This document shows positions 40,996 to 49,847 of a stretch of 64,000 bases of DNA, piece after piece (the stretch's first letter is position 1; the number at the start of each line of letters is the position of its first letter). The stretch lies in assembly GCA_963765205.1 (NCBI GenBank), contig CAVXVB010000007.1, positions 96,001-160,000 of the forward strand, given 5' to 3'. The notes under the pieces were generated by a model, which saw only the letters and a program-made list of their open reading frames with translations, ran no database searches and was not told the origin of the DNA. The DNA comes from an uncultured Verrucomicrobiae bacterium. GTDB lineage: Bacteria; Verrucomicrobiota; Verrucomicrobiia; Opitutales; JABDGR01. The position numbers and the translations under genes were made by a program.

Positions 40996-41974
40996 GAGCA
41001 TTTTCAAAAATAGTGTAGCCATTTGGCAGGGAAGCTGCTACAGTTTGGGAGATGAAAACCACCTCGTTGGATTTGCGGGAACGCATCCTCGCCGCGTATG
41101 ACGCGGACGAAGGCCCGCGGGCGGAGGTCGCTTGGCGGTTTCGGGTGTCGCTGGGCTTGGTCAAGAAGCTGTTGCAGCAACGTCGGCGCAGGGGGGCGAC
41201 GGCCCCCAGCACCACCGCAGCGGGCGCAAGCCGCGCCTGCGCGAACAACACCGTCAGCGCCTGCGGCGGTTGGTCGCCGAGAAGCCTGACCGCACCTTGC
41301 GCGAATTGCGGGAGGCGTTGGGCCTGGACTGCGCGCTGCCAACGATCCATTACGCCCTGGCCGCGCTGGGCCTGACCTATAAAAAAAACGCTGCGCGCCG
41401 CCGAGCAAGAGCGGCCCGACCTCGCGCGGTTGCGGCGACGGTGGGTGCGGCGCCAACGCGGCTGGGATCCCGCGCGGCTGGTCTTCCTTGATGAATCGGC
41501 CGCCAAGACGAACATGACACGTTTGCACGGACGGGCTCCGCGCGGCCAGCGGTTGCGGGCGAAGTGCCCGCACGGACACTGGCGCACCACCACGATGCTC
41601 TCCTCCATCCGGCTGGACGGTTCGACCGCCTGCCTGACCATCGAGGCGGCCACCGACACCGACGTTTTGCGAAATCCTCGCCCCCGCGCTGCGTCCCGGC
41701 GACGTGGTGGTCCTGGACAACCTCAGCCCGCACAAAAACGACCACACCCTCGCGCTGATCCGCGCTGCCGGCGCGAGCGTCGAGTTCCTGCCCGCCTACT
41801 CGCCCGACTTTAACCCCATCGAACGGATGGGGAGCAAAGTCAAGGCCAGCCTGCGCGCCGCCGCGGCCCGCACCGCGGCTGACTTGTTCGCCGCCATCGG
41901 ACGGGCCCTGCGCCAAGTCACCGCCGCCGCCCATTGGTTTGCCCACTGCGGCTACAGTTTTGTCTAAAATGCTC
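40996..41974 (+). mobile_element. IS630-family element, degenerate
   Basis: TA-GAGCATTTT...AAAATGCTC-TA ends; orfA MKTTSLDLRERI, A8 slip site, FLDES/DNLSPH/YSPDFNPIE; small internal deletions. Confidence 0.9.
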
Positions 41975-42053
41975 TAGCCCGAGCTTTGAGACTGGCGAAT
42001 GTCCCCCGAGCGCGGGCTAAAGCACCGCGCCACGAAGAGCGTGCTCCTTCAAA

Positions 42054-42938
42054 TTATCTCGCCAGTTGCCCGTTGGTGCCGTTGCGCTGGCCGTGGCCGT
42101 TGGCGAAAAATTTCAGCAGGGCGGTCACGGTTTCTTTCATTTGCTTGCGGGGGACAATCTGGTCCACGAGGCCGTGTTCGAGCAAAAATTCGGCGGTCTG
42201 GAAGCCTTCGGGTAATTTTTTCTGCGTGGTTTCCTCGATGACGCGCGGGCCGGCGAAGCCGATGCGCGCGCCGGGTTCGGCGAGGATCACGTCACCGAGG
42301 GAGGCGAAGCTCGCCATGACGCCAGCCATGGTCGGGTCGGTCAGGATCGAAAGGTAGGGGAGGCGAGCCTGGGAGTGGCGGGCGAGCGCGGCGCTGGTCT
42401 TGGCCATTTGCATGAGGCTGAGGATGCCTTCATACATGCGGGCGCCGCCGGAGGCCGCGACAATGATGACGGGGATTTTCCGCTCGGTGGCGCGCTCGAT
42501 GGCACGGGTGATTTTTTCGCCGACGACCGCGCCCATGCTCGCGCCGAGGAAGCGGAAGTCCATCACGGCGAGGCTGGCGGGCAGGCCGTTGATGTGGCCG
42601 GCGCCGGTGATGACGGCGTCGGTGAGGCCGGTGCGTTTGCGGTGCTGGGCGAGCTTATCGGTGTAGGAGGACTCGCCGGTGAAATTGAGGGGGTCGGCGG
42701 CGCGCAGGCCGGTGTCGAATTCCTGCCAGGTGCCTTCGTCCACCAGGAGGGTGACGCGGCGCTGGCATTCGAGCGGGAAATGGTAACCGCTGAGGGGCAC
42801 GACGTTCCAGTTCGCCTCGAGGTCTTTACGATAGACGATCTCACCGCTGAGGGGACATTTCTCCCACAGCCCTTTCGGGATGTCCTTCTTCTTGACCGTA
42901 ACGGTCGAATACCTGGGTTTGGTGAAAAGCGGGGCCAT
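42054..42938 (-). CDS. accD: Acetyl-CoA carboxylase carboxyltransferase beta subunit
   Basis: [49 protein letters not shown]. Confidence 0.95.
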   Translation of the reverse strand: MAPLFTKPRYSTVTVKKKDIPKGLWEKCPLSGEIVYRKDLEANWNVVPLSGYHFPLECQRRVTLLVDEGTWQEFDTGLRAADPLNFTGESSYTDKLAQHRKRTGLTDAVITGAGHINGLPASLAVMDFRFLGASMGAVVGEKITRAIERATERKIPVIIVAASGGARMYEGILSLMQMAKTSAALARHSQARLPYLSILTDPTMAGVMASFASLGDVILAEPGARIGFAGPRVIEETTQKKLPEGFQTAEFLLEHGLVDQIVPRKQMKETVTALLKFFANGHGQRNGTNGQLAR

Positions 42939-43099
42939 GCGGAAAGCGGCGGAGGTTCTGGTTCAAGGGACACGCAGGAGAGTGTCCTTGTTCAAAAATA
43001 GTTTCGGCAACAAGTCTGAGTGCTTTAGTGTTCTGGTGCTTAGTGCTTGGTTAAGAAACTGTTTCGATAGGGTAATCTGAGATGACTCGCTGTTGAAGG

Positions 43100-43843
43100 T
43101 CAGCCGTGGCCAAGGCTCGCAACATCCAAATGAGCCGCGCCGGCTTGGCGCAGAACTTTGGCGCAGGCGTTGAACGTCGCCCCGGTGGTGAAGACATCGT
43201 CCACCAGAACATAACGCTGGGTGGACTTTACCACCGCGCCGGGGCGCAAGGCAAAGGCATTTTTCATGTTCAACTCGCGCGCCGCGCGGTCGAGGCGCGT
43301 CTGGGTCGGCGTGTCGCGCACGCGGTCGAGGAGTTCCTCGAGGCCCGCCGCGCCGCCGTCGGCCGCGAGGGCTTCGGCGACCCAGCGCGCCTGGTTGAAC
43401 CCGCGCCAGCGCCGCCGCCGGGGATGCAACGGCACGGGGACGAGCACGGCGCCGCGCACGAAATTTTTCAGCGGCCCCATGCGTTGCGCGAGCCCGCGCA
43501 AATCGCCGCGGAGGTGCCAGCCGGCGTGGTATTTCAACTCATGCACGAAAGCGCGCGCGGCGTCTTTCAAAAGCATGCCAGTGCGGCCTTCACCGAAGGC
43601 CGGGTCTAAATCCAGGCAACTCGGGCAGCGCCGCGCGCCGCCGACTTCGCCGGGAAAGGGCCAGCCGCAGGTCGCGCAATGCGGCGCACGCGAGAAGACA
43701 ATGTTCGCCTGGCAGGCTTCGCACATGTGTTGGAGCGGCCCGGTGGGCACCACCCCGGCGCAGCCGACGCACCAGCGCGGGAAGACAACGTCGAGCACGG
43801 CGCGGCCGGCGGACGTGAGTTGCTTTTCGATGGCCGGAGGCAT
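43100..43843 (-). CDS. comF: ComF-family protein
   Basis: Zn-ribbon CxxC motifs, PVPLH..RGFNQA, LVDDVFTTGAT. Confidence 0.9.
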   Translation of the reverse strand: MPPAIEKQLTSAGRAVLDVVFPRWCVGCAGVVPTGPLQHMCEACQANIVFSRAPHCATCGWPFPGEVGGARRCPSCLDLDPAFGEGRTGMLLKDAARAFVHELKYHAGWHLRGDLRGLAQRMGPLKNFVRGAVLVPVPLHPRRRRWRGFNQARWVAEALAADGGAAGLEELLDRVRDTPTQTRLDRAARELNMKNAFALRPGAVVKSTQRYVLVDDVFTTGATFNACAKVLRQAGAAHLDVASLGHG

Positions 43844-43939
43844 CGGGAGGATTTTGGGGAACGCTCAACGCTTAACATTTAACGTTTAACGCTCAAGTAA
43901 GAAATGCCCGTATGATGTCTTTGACTTGAGGGTTGAGCG

Positions 43940-44965
43940 TTAAATGTTAAGCGTTGAGCGTTCATTCCGTCGAATCGTGATAACCAACGTCAAAAGGACC
44001 ACCAGCACGCCCGCCGCCGCCCAGCCGTCCGCCAGGCCGCTGCCGCGGTAATAATACATGGCCGTGACCAAGCCGGCGTGCAGGCCGATGGCCGGCCAGA
44101 GCGAGGCGGTGCGCAGCGTCAGCGCGCCGAGCACCAGGCCGAGGAGCCAGAGCGCGGTGAATTGCGCGAGGTCGAAATTCTCGGTGATGCCGAACGTGGT
44201 CCAGAACGCGACGAAGAAGCCGGTGTCGCCATGCACGCCAGGGGCGATGTGCTGCCACACGGATGCGGGCACCTTGAAATGGGTGTAGGCGTAAAATGCG
44301 GACATGGTGGCGAGCGCCAGCCAGGGGCGGCGCGTGGCGGTGTAGCAAATCCGCAGAATCAGGCCGCGAAAAATCACTTCCTCGAGGAAGCCCAAAATCA
44401 GCCCGGCGAACAGCGCGGTGGGCAATCTGCCCAGGATTTGTCTGGCGGACATCGCAGGTGAGGCATTTTCCCACCACGCCAAGCCGAGGATCAGGGCCAG
44501 GCCGCCGAGCCACCAAAATGTGCCCGCGCGCAGAGTTGGTTTGTTGAACGCCAGGCCCAGGTCGCGCCACGACCACAAGTGGCAAACCGACATCAACCAC
44601 GGCAATCCCAGCACAATCGCGGCCATCCTGAGCCGGTCAAAATAAACATCCACGCCCTTGCCGAGCAGCCATGTCGCGGTGGCGGAGTTGGTTTGGTTGT
44701 GCCACCACTCGACGAGCCAATAGGCCGGCGGCGTCAGCACGGCCGCGAGGAGGAGTGAGCCAATAAAAACGACGGCGAGGAGCCCGACCCCGCGCCAGGA
44801 AGTCTGTTCCGCGTCGAGGCCGAAAAGGAGGAAGCGCGGGTCGCGCCGAAAAAGAAATTTATGAACCACGGAGGACACGGAGAACACGGAGAAGCTAAGA
44901 ACGAAAGACAAGAAATGGAAGACGGAAAAACCCCCTCTGTGTTCTCCGTGTCCTCCGTGGTTCAA
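43940..44965 (-). CDS. CPBP (Abi/CAAX) intramembrane metalloprotease; start uncertain
   Basis: EEVIFRG, THF, AIGLHAG; first ~35 codons are a hairpin repeat (44863-44963). Confidence 0.8.
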   Translation of the reverse strand: MNHGGHGEHRGGFSVFHFLSFVLSFSVFSVSSVVHKFLFRRDPRFLLFGLDAEQTSWRGVGLLAVVFIGSLLLAAVLTPPAYWLVEWWHNQTNSATATWLLGKGVDVYFDRLRMAAIVLGLPWLMSVCHLWSWRDLGLAFNKPTLRAGTFWWLGGLALILGLAWWENASPAMSARQILGRLPTALFAGLILGFLEEVIFRGLILRICYTATRRPWLALATMSAFYAYTHFKVPASVWQHIAPGVHGDTGFFVAFWTTFGITENFDLAQFTALWLLGLVLGALTLRTASLWPAIGLHAGLVTAMYYYRGSGLADGWAAAGVLVVLLTLVITIRRNERSTLNI

Positions 44966-44966
44966 T

Positions 44967-46343
44967 TTACTGATCGAAGATTTTCCCCGGATTCAAAAGG
45001 TTCTCCGGGTCGAGCGCGCGCTTGATGGTCTTTAACAAGGCATAGGAGCCGGCGTCGCGCTGGAGGGGCAGGTAGGCTTTTTTGGCCAGGCCGATGCCGT
45101 GCTCGCCGCTGACGGTGCCGCCGCGGCGGAGGGCCTCGACCGCGATCTCGCGCGAGGCGGCGCGGACGCGCGCCATCGCCGCGGGGTCGCGCTCGTCGGT
45201 CAAATACGTCGGGTGGAAATTCCCGTCGCCGGCATGGCCGAAGGTGGCGCACTCGACACCGTGCCGCTGCGTCGCCGCCTCGATGAAGCGCACCATGGCC
45301 GCGAGTTCGCTGCGCGGCACCGTCACGTCCTCGAGGATGGCGGTGTGGCGCATTTGCGCGAGCGCGGGGTAGGCGAGGCGGCGTGCGGAGGTGAGCAAGG
45401 CCGCCTCGGTTTCGTTCGCGGCCTGGCGCACTTCGAGGGCGCGGTGCGCGAGCGCGATTTGCTTCATCTGGGCGGCCTCGTCGGCCACGGCGGCGGGATG
45501 GCCGTCCGTCTCCATCAGCAACAACGCGCCGGCTTGCACCGGCAGGCCGAGGCAGGCGACGGTCTCGACGCAGTGGAGGGTTTTGCGGTCGAGAAATTCG
45601 AGCGTGCAGGGCAGGAGGCGCGCGGCGATGATGGCGGAAACCGCGGCGGCGGCGTCTTCGAGCGCGGGGAAGGTGGCGAGCAGCGTGGCCTTGGCGGCGG
45701 GGCGGGGGAGGAGTTTGAGCAGGATTTTGGTGATGACGCCCAGCGTGCCCTCCGAGCCGATGAACAAATCGCGCAGCGAGTAACCCGCGGCGTCCTTGCG
45801 GCATTGCGAGCCGAGCCACGCGAGCTCGCCGTCCGGCAGCGCGACTTCGAGGGCGAGGACGTAGTCGCGCGTGACGCCGTATTTGATGCCGCGCAGGCCG
45901 CCCGCGTTGCTGGCGACGTTGCCGCCGATGGTCGAGATTTTCAACGAGCCAGGATCGGGCGGATAAAAGAGGCCGTGGGCCGCCGCCGCCTCGTCAATCC
46001 GTTCGGTGATGACGCCCGGCTCGGTGAGCAGGGTGAGGTTATGCGCGTCAATTTCCAGAATGCGGTTGAATTTTTCGAGACTGAGCACGACCGCGCCCGG
46101 CATTGGCACCGCGCCGCCGCTCAAGCTCGTGCCCCCGCCGCGCGGCACCACCGGCGTGCGTGCCGCCCGGCACGCGCGCAACACGGCGGCCACCTGCGCC
46201 GCGTCACCGGGAAAAACGACCGCGGCGGGCACCTGCGCGTAACCCGCCGTTGCATCGCGCGCATAGCGCTCGAGGTCGGCCGGCAAAGTCAGGACGTGTT
46301 CCGGCCCGACAACTTCGCGCAACGCATCGGCCAGGGGGGGCAT
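44967..46343 (-). CDS. FAD-linked oxidase (GlcD / D-lactate dehydrogenase-like)
   Basis: PRGGGTSLSGG, YPPDPGS, GSEGTLG, HAGDGNFH, SGEHGIG, LNPGKIF. Confidence 0.9.
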   Translation of the reverse strand: MPPLADALREVVGPEHVLTLPADLERYARDATAGYAQVPAAVVFPGDAAQVAAVLRACRAARTPVVPRGGGTSLSGGAVPMPGAVVLSLEKFNRILEIDAHNLTLLTEPGVITERIDEAAAAHGLFYPPDPGSLKISTIGGNVASNAGGLRGIKYGVTRDYVLALEVALPDGELAWLGSQCRKDAAGYSLRDLFIGSEGTLGVITKILLKLLPRPAAKATLLATFPALEDAAAAVSAIIAARLLPCTLEFLDRKTLHCVETVACLGLPVQAGALLLMETDGHPAAVADEAAQMKQIALAHRALEVRQAANETEAALLTSARRLAYPALAQMRHTAILEDVTVPRSELAAMVRFIEAATQRHGVECATFGHAGDGNFHPTYLTDERDPAAMARVRAASREIAVEALRRGGTVSGEHGIGLAKKAYLPLQRDAGSYALLKTIKRALDPENLLNPGKIFDQ

Positions 46344-46383
46344 GGGCGGATTCTGCGCCACGCCCGCCCCCCCTGCACGCCTG

Positions 46384-46539
46384 AAATTTTGGTAGTGGTA
46401 TAGTTTGAAGGATAGGTTTCTTCGTAGCGCGGTGCTTTAGCCCGCGCTGCTTCCCGCGGGGACACTACTGGGCGCGGGCTAAAGCACCGCGCTACGAAAA
46501 GAACGGCTGTCGAACCGCACTCTACTACTACCGAAATTT
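46384..46539. mobile_element. MITE-like inverted-repeat element enclosing a REP palindrome
   Basis: aaattttggtagtggtatagt pairs with actctactactaccgaaattt; internal REP at 46421-46497. Confidence 0.55.
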
Positions 46540-46580
46540 TGCCCAGCTCGGCGACGGAGCGGGCGAATTATCGGGTCAAC

Positions 46581-46769
46581 TTACGCGCTCGCCGCTTCCG
46601 CGCGCTCTTTCGGGCTGAGTGTTTCCAGATAAAGCAGGGCGGCTTCGCGCAGATGGTCCAAAACTTCTTCCACGGTGTCGCCCTGAGTCTGGCATCCTTT
46701 TAATTCGGGGCAGTAGGCGTAAAAGCCATGCTTGTCCTGTTCAATGATGGCGGTAAATTTGGTGTTCAT
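46581..46769 (-). CDS. Solo HicB-family antitoxin
   Basis: AYCPELKGCQTQGDTVEEVLDHLREA; no hicA adjacent. Confidence 0.85.
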   Translation of the reverse strand: MNTKFTAIIEQDKHGFYAYCPELKGCQTQGDTVEEVLDHLREAALLYLETLSPKERAEAASA

Positions 46770-46796
46770 GGCGGGGATATGTTTGCAAGTGAATTC

Positions 46797-47672
46797 CTAC
46801 GCGCTGGCCGCTTCCGCGCCGTAGCGCGCGCTTTGCTCGTCCGCGTGATACGACGAACGCACGAGCGGCCCGGATTCCACGACGCCGAAGCCAAGTTCGT
46901 TCATGCCGAAGTCGCGCCAGCGCACAAATTCCTCCGGCGGCGCCCAGCGCGCGATGGGGGCGTGCGCGGGCGACGGTTGCAGATACTGGCCAATCGTCAC
47001 GATGTCCACGCCGGCGGTGCGCAGGTCGCGCAGGGCCTGGGCGATTTCGTCCTCGCGCTCGCCGAGGCCGAGCATGATGCCCGATTTGGTGACGAAGCCG
47101 CGGCCTTTCGCATGGCGCAGGACTTCGAGCGTGCGGTCGTAGCGCGCGGTTTTGCGGATGGGCCGCTGGAGGCGCTCGACGGTTTCGAGATTGTGGTTGA
47201 GGATGTCCGGCTGTGCGTCGAGCACGGTGTCGAGCGGTTCAACTTGCCCGCGAAAATCGGGGATGAGCACCTCGATGGCCGTCTGGGGATTGCGGTGGCG
47301 CACCGCGCGGATCGTCGCCGCCCAGACGCTCGCGCCGCCGTCCTGCAAATCATCGCGGGCGACGGAGGTGATGACCGCATGGCGCAGGCCCATTTTCGCG
47401 ACGGCGTCGGCCACGCGCGCCGGTTCGCCGAAATCAAGTTCCGTCGGCCGCCCGGTTTGCACGGCGCAAAACGAGCACGAGCGCGTGCAGATGTTGCCCA
47501 AAATCATGATCGTGGCCGTGCCGCGCGACCAGCATTCCCCCATGTTCGGGCATTGGGCGGACTGGCAGACGGTGTGCAGCCCATGGCTGTCCACCAGCTC
47601 CCGCGTTTGGCGGTAACGCGGGCCGGCGGGCAATTTGGCGCGCAGCCAGTCGGGCTTGCGGAGGGTGGGCAT
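46797..47672 (-). CDS. lipA: Lipoyl synthase
   Basis: RKPDWLR, CQSAQCPNMGEC, CTRSCSFC, VRSSYHA. Confidence 0.95.
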   Translation of the reverse strand: MPTLRKPDWLRAKLPAGPRYRQTRELVDSHGLHTVCQSAQCPNMGECWSRGTATIMILGNICTRSCSFCAVQTGRPTELDFGEPARVADAVAKMGLRHAVITSVARDDLQDGGASVWAATIRAVRHRNPQTAIEVLIPDFRGQVEPLDTVLDAQPDILNHNLETVERLQRPIRKTARYDRTLEVLRHAKGRGFVTKSGIMLGLGEREDEIAQALRDLRTAGVDIVTIGQYLQPSPAHAPIARWAPPEEFVRWRDFGMNELGFGVVESGPLVRSSYHADEQSARYGAEAASA

Positions 47673-47777
47673 CAGGGAATTAGAGCAGAAAGGGACCGGG
47701 AAGGAAAGGGCGAAGGAGTTGAGGTACTGAAGGACAAAGGGACAGAGGCACAAAGGGAAGAGAAAAAGCCAATACAA

Positions 47778-48494
47778 CTATTTGCCTGTGTGTCTTTGTC
47801 CCTCTGTCCCTTTGTCCCTGCGATCCTTCTTGGCCACCGAATATTCCCGCAACTGCCCCCAAAACTCCGCCGCCAAAACACTTTTGATTTCGTCTTTTGA
47901 CGGCAGATTTTTCTCGCCGAGTTCATTAGCCAGCGAAGTAACTTCCCCTACCTCTGGGCCAAGGCCGCAGGGCACTATACCGGCGAAGGGCGCGAGGTCG
48001 CCGTCCACGTTGAGCGCAAAGCCGTGCCAGGCAATCCATGCGCGCGCGGCGACGCCGATGGCCGCGATTTTGCGCCGGCCGACCCACACGCCCGTTTGCC
48101 CCGCGCGCCGCGCCGCCGCCAGGCCGAAGCAGCCGAGGGTGTTGATCAGCGTCTGCTCGAGCGCGCGCAGGTAGGCGTGCAAATCGCGGCGCGGTTCGAG
48201 GCTGACCACCGGGTAGCCGACAATCTGGCCCGGCCCGTGGTAGGTCACATCGCCGCCGCGCGTGGTCTCGACTACGGCGAGGCCATGCTTCTTTAGCTCC
48301 GCGGCGTTCCACAAAACATTTTGCGCCGCGCCGGGCCGTGCACCGAGGGTGAAGACCGGGTCGTGCTCGGTGAAGACCAGCGTGTCAGGCACGCGCCCCT
48401 CACGCCGCGCCTCGACGAGCGCAACCTGCCGGGCCAGCGCCGCGCGGTAATCCGTGCGGCCCCAGTCCACGAACAGCGGAGAAGCGGCTTTCAC
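47778..48494 (-). CDS. lipB: Octanoyltransferase
   Basis: EHDPVFTLG, RGGDVTYHGPGQ, KIAAIG, HGFALN, IVPCG. Confidence 0.95.
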   Translation of the reverse strand: MKAASPLFVDWGRTDYRAALARQVALVEARREGRVPDTLVFTEHDPVFTLGARPGAAQNVLWNAAELKKHGLAVVETTRGGDVTYHGPGQIVGYPVVSLEPRRDLHAYLRALEQTLINTLGCFGLAAARRAGQTGVWVGRRKIAAIGVAARAWIAWHGFALNVDGDLAPFAGIVPCGLGPEVGEVTSLANELGEKNLPSKDEIKSVLAAEFWGQLREYSVAKKDRRDKGTEGQRHTGK

Positions 48495-48502
48495 GGAAGA
48501 TT

Positions 48503-48595
48503 TTTTAGACAGAATTAATAGAATTAACAAAATTAAACGAAGGTTCCCTTCGGGCCGGAATTGGGCAATTCTTAATTCTGTTAATTCTGTCTAAA
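48503..48595. repeat. AGAATTAAC 9-mer hairpin
   Basis: tttagacagaattaa / ttaattctgtctaaa; related copy at 55271-55400. Confidence 0.7.
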
Positions 48596-48612
48596 CTTCT
48601 TTAGGGTTTTCC

Positions 48613-49548
48613 ATGCCTGAATTAGCCGAAGTCGAATTTTTCCGGCGGCGGTGGTGGGAGGCCGGCGCGCGCCAGACCGTGCGCGCCGCGCAAGTCCAGC
48701 CGCGCTCGCGCGTCTATCGCCAGCTCGCCCGCGAATTCCCCGGCGGCGCGGCGGCGCTGGCGAAAACCCTGGCCGGCGCGCGGTTGGTGGATTCCGCCAC
48801 GCATGGGAAGCAAATGTGGTTTGTGTTTCAGCCCACGTCGGCTCGCCGGGAAATTCTCTGGCTCGGCCTGCACATGGGGATGACCGGCGAATTGCGCGTC
48901 GAGGGGCCGGATTATCGCGCGCAGAAGCACGACGCGTTGATTTTGCGGTTGGCGCGGCGGACCTTGGTGTTTCGTGACCCGCGGCAATTTGGGCGGGTCA
49001 GGGCATGGACGTCAAACGAACGCATCCGACGGATCCCGCTAAAGCGGGAGAGAGGCGTCCCTACCGTTCGGCCTGCCGGCCGTCCAGGCGTTTGCCCGCC
49101 GTGGCTGCAAAATTTGCCGGCGGAAATTTTGTCGGGCGAGTTCACGGCGGAACGGGTGCACGCGGTGCTGGCGCGGCATGCCCGTGCGCCGGTCAAGGCG
49201 GTGTTGCTCGACCAGCGCCATTTTCCCGGTGTGGGCAACTGGATGGCGGACGAGATTTTGTGGCGCGCGGAAATCCATCCCGCGCGGCCGGCGGGGCGCG
49301 CGGCGGCGAAAAAAATCGCGGCGCGGCTGCACGCGACGATTCAGGAAGTGACGCGCGACGCCTTGCGCGTAATTGCGGGTGTCGGCGGGAAATTGCCGCC
49401 GGATTTAAATGTTCATATTCCCGATACGTGGTTGTTCAACCATCGTTGGAGGGGCGGCGGCGTGTGCCCGAAAACAAAAAAGCTGCTGCAGCGCGCGGAA
49501 ATTGGCGGCCGCACGACCTGCTGGTCGCCCGCGCGGCAAAAACGGTAA
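48613..49548 (+). CDS. mutM: Fpg/Nei DNA glycosylase
   Basis: N-terminal PELAEVE, HMGMTG, DPRQFG, H2TH GVGNWMADE. Confidence 0.85.
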   Translation: MPELAEVEFFRRRWWEAGARQTVRAAQVQPRSRVYRQLAREFPGGAAALAKTLAGARLVDSATHGKQMWFVFQPTSARREILWLGLHMGMTGELRVEGPDYRAQKHDALILRLARRTLVFRDPRQFGRVRAWTSNERIRRIPLKRERGVPTVRPAGRPGVCPPWLQNLPAEILSGEFTAERVHAVLARHARAPVKAVLLDQRHFPGVGNWMADEILWRAEIHPARPAGRAAAKKIAARLHATIQEVTRDALRVIAGVGGKLPPDLNVHIPDTWLFNHRWRGGGVCPKTKKLLQRAEIGGRTTCWSPARQKR

Positions 49549-49847
49549 ATGGGGGCCGGTGTGGGAAGCGATGAAGTGATGGCGTTTTTAAGAATGACGA
49601 GAAACGTTGAATGGCGGGCAGAGCACGTCTTCGAGCGTAGGCGGCGAGGGATGCGCGGCGGACTTTTGAAAAAAAGCGGTCGGCGAGACGCCGACCGCAG
49701 CGACCGGGACGGTCGCGCCCCCCGGGACGAAGAAATGCACCAACTCAGCCATGCGGCCAGACCCTCCCCGGGACGAAGAAAGCCGCCGGCACCGTTTAGG
49801 CACGATGGGCTACACAACACAATTCATTTAAGATAAAGCATGATTAT

